From positions 32,001 through 96,000 of the forward strand of contig CBDESZ010000030.1 in the NCBI GenBank assembly GCA_965242725.1: a stretch of 64,000 nt of DNA. Reading direction: 5' to 3'. Each line of letters opens with the position of its first letter. The first letter of the stretch is position 1. This stretch comes from Alkalispirochaeta sp. Its GTDB lineage: Bacteria; Spirochaetota; Spirochaetia; DSM-27196; Alkalispirochaetaceae. Below the pieces are notes generated by a model, which was not told the origin of the DNA, did not search any database, and saw nothing but the letters and a program-made list of their open reading frames with translations. The position numbers and the translations under genes are program-made. Of the stretch, positions 62,222-64,000 are shown piece after piece.

Positions 62222-62925
62222 AGCCATCCTCCACGAACATTCAATTCCGATGGGCCTTCCATATGGTGCATCACGGTCGACGCGCCGACGTGAAATCGGT
62301 CCCATCCCCATCTCATGGAGATAACTGCGGCAAATGAAACCTGCGTAAATGTCGGCCCGTTGCGAATGAGCGGTACAATTTCGAATTGGATTGAGGTTAT
62401 GTCGTTTGTCACCAGCACCGAAGAAAGCGGCATTTGCAGGACCATCTCCTCGGGAGATTCCGTCGAAAATATCGCCACGACTCCGCATCCGTGAACCATC
62501 GGATCTCTGATGAACATCACATTTGCCGATCCGGTGACCGCCCTCCCCGTATCGAGGGAAGCGGCAATGCGGCTTTTTCGAAAAGCCGGACCGAAGGTAT
62601 ATCCCGTCTCAAACGAAACGACACCGTCGGCGGTATATCCAAGAACCAACCCGTCCGCAGTTGTACGATGGGCTCCTATCGGAACGCGCCCTTCCACGGA
62701 GAAATCGTACCGCTGGCGCACCTTCCCGCCGATTTCAATGTTAACGTCTCCTTCAAAGACGGACACGACACTGCGATAGTAACGTTCTGTCTGTGGCAGG
62801 ATAGATAGACCGCCGTTGAAAAAAAGTTCGATCCGGCGATGGGTTTCAACTGCGATGCGCTGGTGATCGGATTGTTCCTCGGAAAAGGTTGATATGCCAG
62901 GAACAATCACGAGCAGAATCAGCAT
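62203..62925 (-). CDS. Putative outer-membrane beta-barrel (FapF-like transporter)
   Basis: Hydrophobic N-terminus, alternating beta strands, IRDPMV and VTNDITSI motifs, aromatic C-terminal strand. Confidence 0.55.
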   Translation of the reverse strand: MLILLVIVPGISTFSEEQSDHQRIAVETHRRIELFFNGGLSILPQTERYYRSVVSVFEGDVNIEIGGKVRQRYDFSVEGRVPIGAHRTTADGLVLGYTADGVVSFETGYTFGPAFRKSRIAASLDTGRAVTGSANVMFIRDPMVHGCGVVAIFSTESPEEMVLQMPLSSVLVTNDITSIQFEIVPLIRNGPTFTQVSFAAVISMRWGWDRFHVGASTVMHHMEGPSELNVRGGWLWKPES

Positions 62926-62929
62926 CGTC

Positions 62930-63475
62930 CTACCTGCCGTCACGGACCGCCTCCAGCCGCTTCCATCGAGAGCGTGCAGCATCCATTGCCGCCGCAAATG
63001 CCTCCGTGCGGACCTGCCCGTCAATAACAATGGCAGCACCCGACGCGCGACGTGCCCACCAGATCGGTGTCACGATAATCATGCCCCGTGCGGGATCTCC
63101 CAACAGCATTGTCTCCTTGTCTTCGTCAACCGCTCCGAAAGCAAGCGCGTAGTGTCCGTAGGGACGGTCAAAGTGCACGATGACTGGACCAAACCTCGTC
63201 GTACCCTCATGAACCAGCTCCCAGGTAAGCCAATATGCCCTGTTTGACAATCCGATCTGCCGGAGAATGTCGGTTACCTCTCGAACGGAGAGGCTGTAAT
63301 CCCCGCTCACGTCATCCCGGGAGAGCTCGAGATCCGTCACCCAGAACGACTCCACAGCCGACTCGATAACGGCGTGAGCGCAATCGGTGTCGTACTGTTG
63401 TTCATTCATAAAGGTGAAAAGGAGCGCCTCCATGGAGACAACGCCTGCCAACGCAGTCGAAAGAAGTATATTCAT
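62930..63475 (-). CDS. Stand-alone C39-family cysteine peptidase (FapD-like)
   Basis: QQYDTDC (Gln..Cys), GHY (His), GDPARG (Asp); hydrophobic N-terminus; no ABC domain. Confidence 0.8.
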   Translation of the reverse strand: MNILLSTALAGVVSMEALLFTFMNEQQYDTDCAHAVIESAVESFWVTDLELSRDDVSGDYSLSVREVTDILRQIGLSNRAYWLTWELVHEGTTRFGPVIVHFDRPYGHYALAFGAVDEDKETMLLGDPARGMIIVTPIWWARRASGAAIVIDGQVRTEAFAAAMDAARSRWKRLEAVRDGR

Positions 63476-63999
63476 CGTGGTTTTGGTAAATAGTCACCTT
63501 CCCAGGGCCCAAGGCTTTCTCTCAGCTGGGGAAAGCGCCGATATACCGGCGGGAGCGCATAGAGCGGTGATATATTGATCTCGGATACGCCCGCCAGAGC
63601 CTCAAGCTCTTTGGGAATCGGTCGTATTTCCAGTCTGTAGTTATAGCGAAGCGACACGGTGCGAAGGGTCGGGGGAATGTGGTTTATCAGGGGCAGTTCC
63701 TCTTGGAAGTAGAAGGTGATCGCAAACTCCGCCAGAGACGGAAAACTCTTGAGTGAGATATACGAAAGGTTGCCCGACCATAGACTGTCCTGGATGGTGA
63801 GTCGCTTCAGGTTCTTTGAACCGAAGTAAAAAAGGCGCAAATCTTCAAACCACATCCCCGTGATAGTCAGCTCCTCCAGATTTGGAAAACTTCTGAGGAT
63901 GGTCCAGTCATACGGTTCAGTGAGATTCCAGAGATGCAGAGAACGGACATTGACCGTCGTTTCGGATCTTCGAATCGAAGAAATCCGTGACCGCGTCAA
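63472..63999 (-). CDS. Leucine-rich-repeat protein (5'-truncated by window)
   Basis: FPNLEELTI, NLKRLTI, FPSLAEFAI, TLRTVSL LRR units; ATGA overlap with the C39 gene. Confidence 0.8.
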   Translation of the reverse strand: MTRSRISSIRRSETTVNVRSLHLWNLTEPYDWTILRSFPNLEELTITGMWFEDLRLFYFGSKNLKRLTIQDSLWSGNLSYISLKSFPSLAEFAITFYFQEELPLINHIPPTLRTVSLRYNYRLEIRPIPKELEALAGVSEINISPLYALPPVYRRFPQLRESLGPWEGDYLPKPR

Positions 64000-64000
64000 T

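Noticed and set aside
51052..64000. Active integrative element or prophage at tRNA-Leu
   Set aside because: No integrase, transposase or phage genes, and no repeat of the tRNA 3' end seen by eye

Overview
Chromosomal window from a GC-rich spirochaete (inferred from an FlcA-like flagellar collar protein, an Msp-like outer-membrane protein and an archaeal-type PyrH). Very acidic envelope proteins suggest a halo/alkaliphilic free-living lineage. Most of it is housekeeping: trxA, a complete trpE-GD-CF-B-A operon, ssb, manC, ilvE, oppABCDF, proS, eno, recX, rplM-rpsI, pcrA, rimO, rodZ, lolA, pyrH and tRNA-Leu(CAA). An accessory-looking metal-resistance block follows (chrA, sigZ, arsM, arsP, thioredoxin, arsR-arsC-acr3). 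At the right edge is the tail of an LRR / C39 peptidase / beta-barrel / lipoprotein operon. Highlights not in the ORF track: (1) cstA linked to a Cys-free single-domain GET3/ArsA-type ATPase, a small membrane protein and two paralogues that by eye resemble CCDC47/DUF1682, a possible bacterial membrane-protein biogenesis module; (2) a FapD/FapF-like secretion module; (3) a Trp-Trp-Trp leader peptide with a two-terminator attenuator; (4) a ~290-nt structured intergenic RNA candidate, possibly 6S-like; (5) sigma70 promoters placed for leaderless translation at about a dozen genes. All assignments come from manual motif recognition; no searches or folding programs were run. No CRISPR array, rRNA, transposase or integrase was seen.
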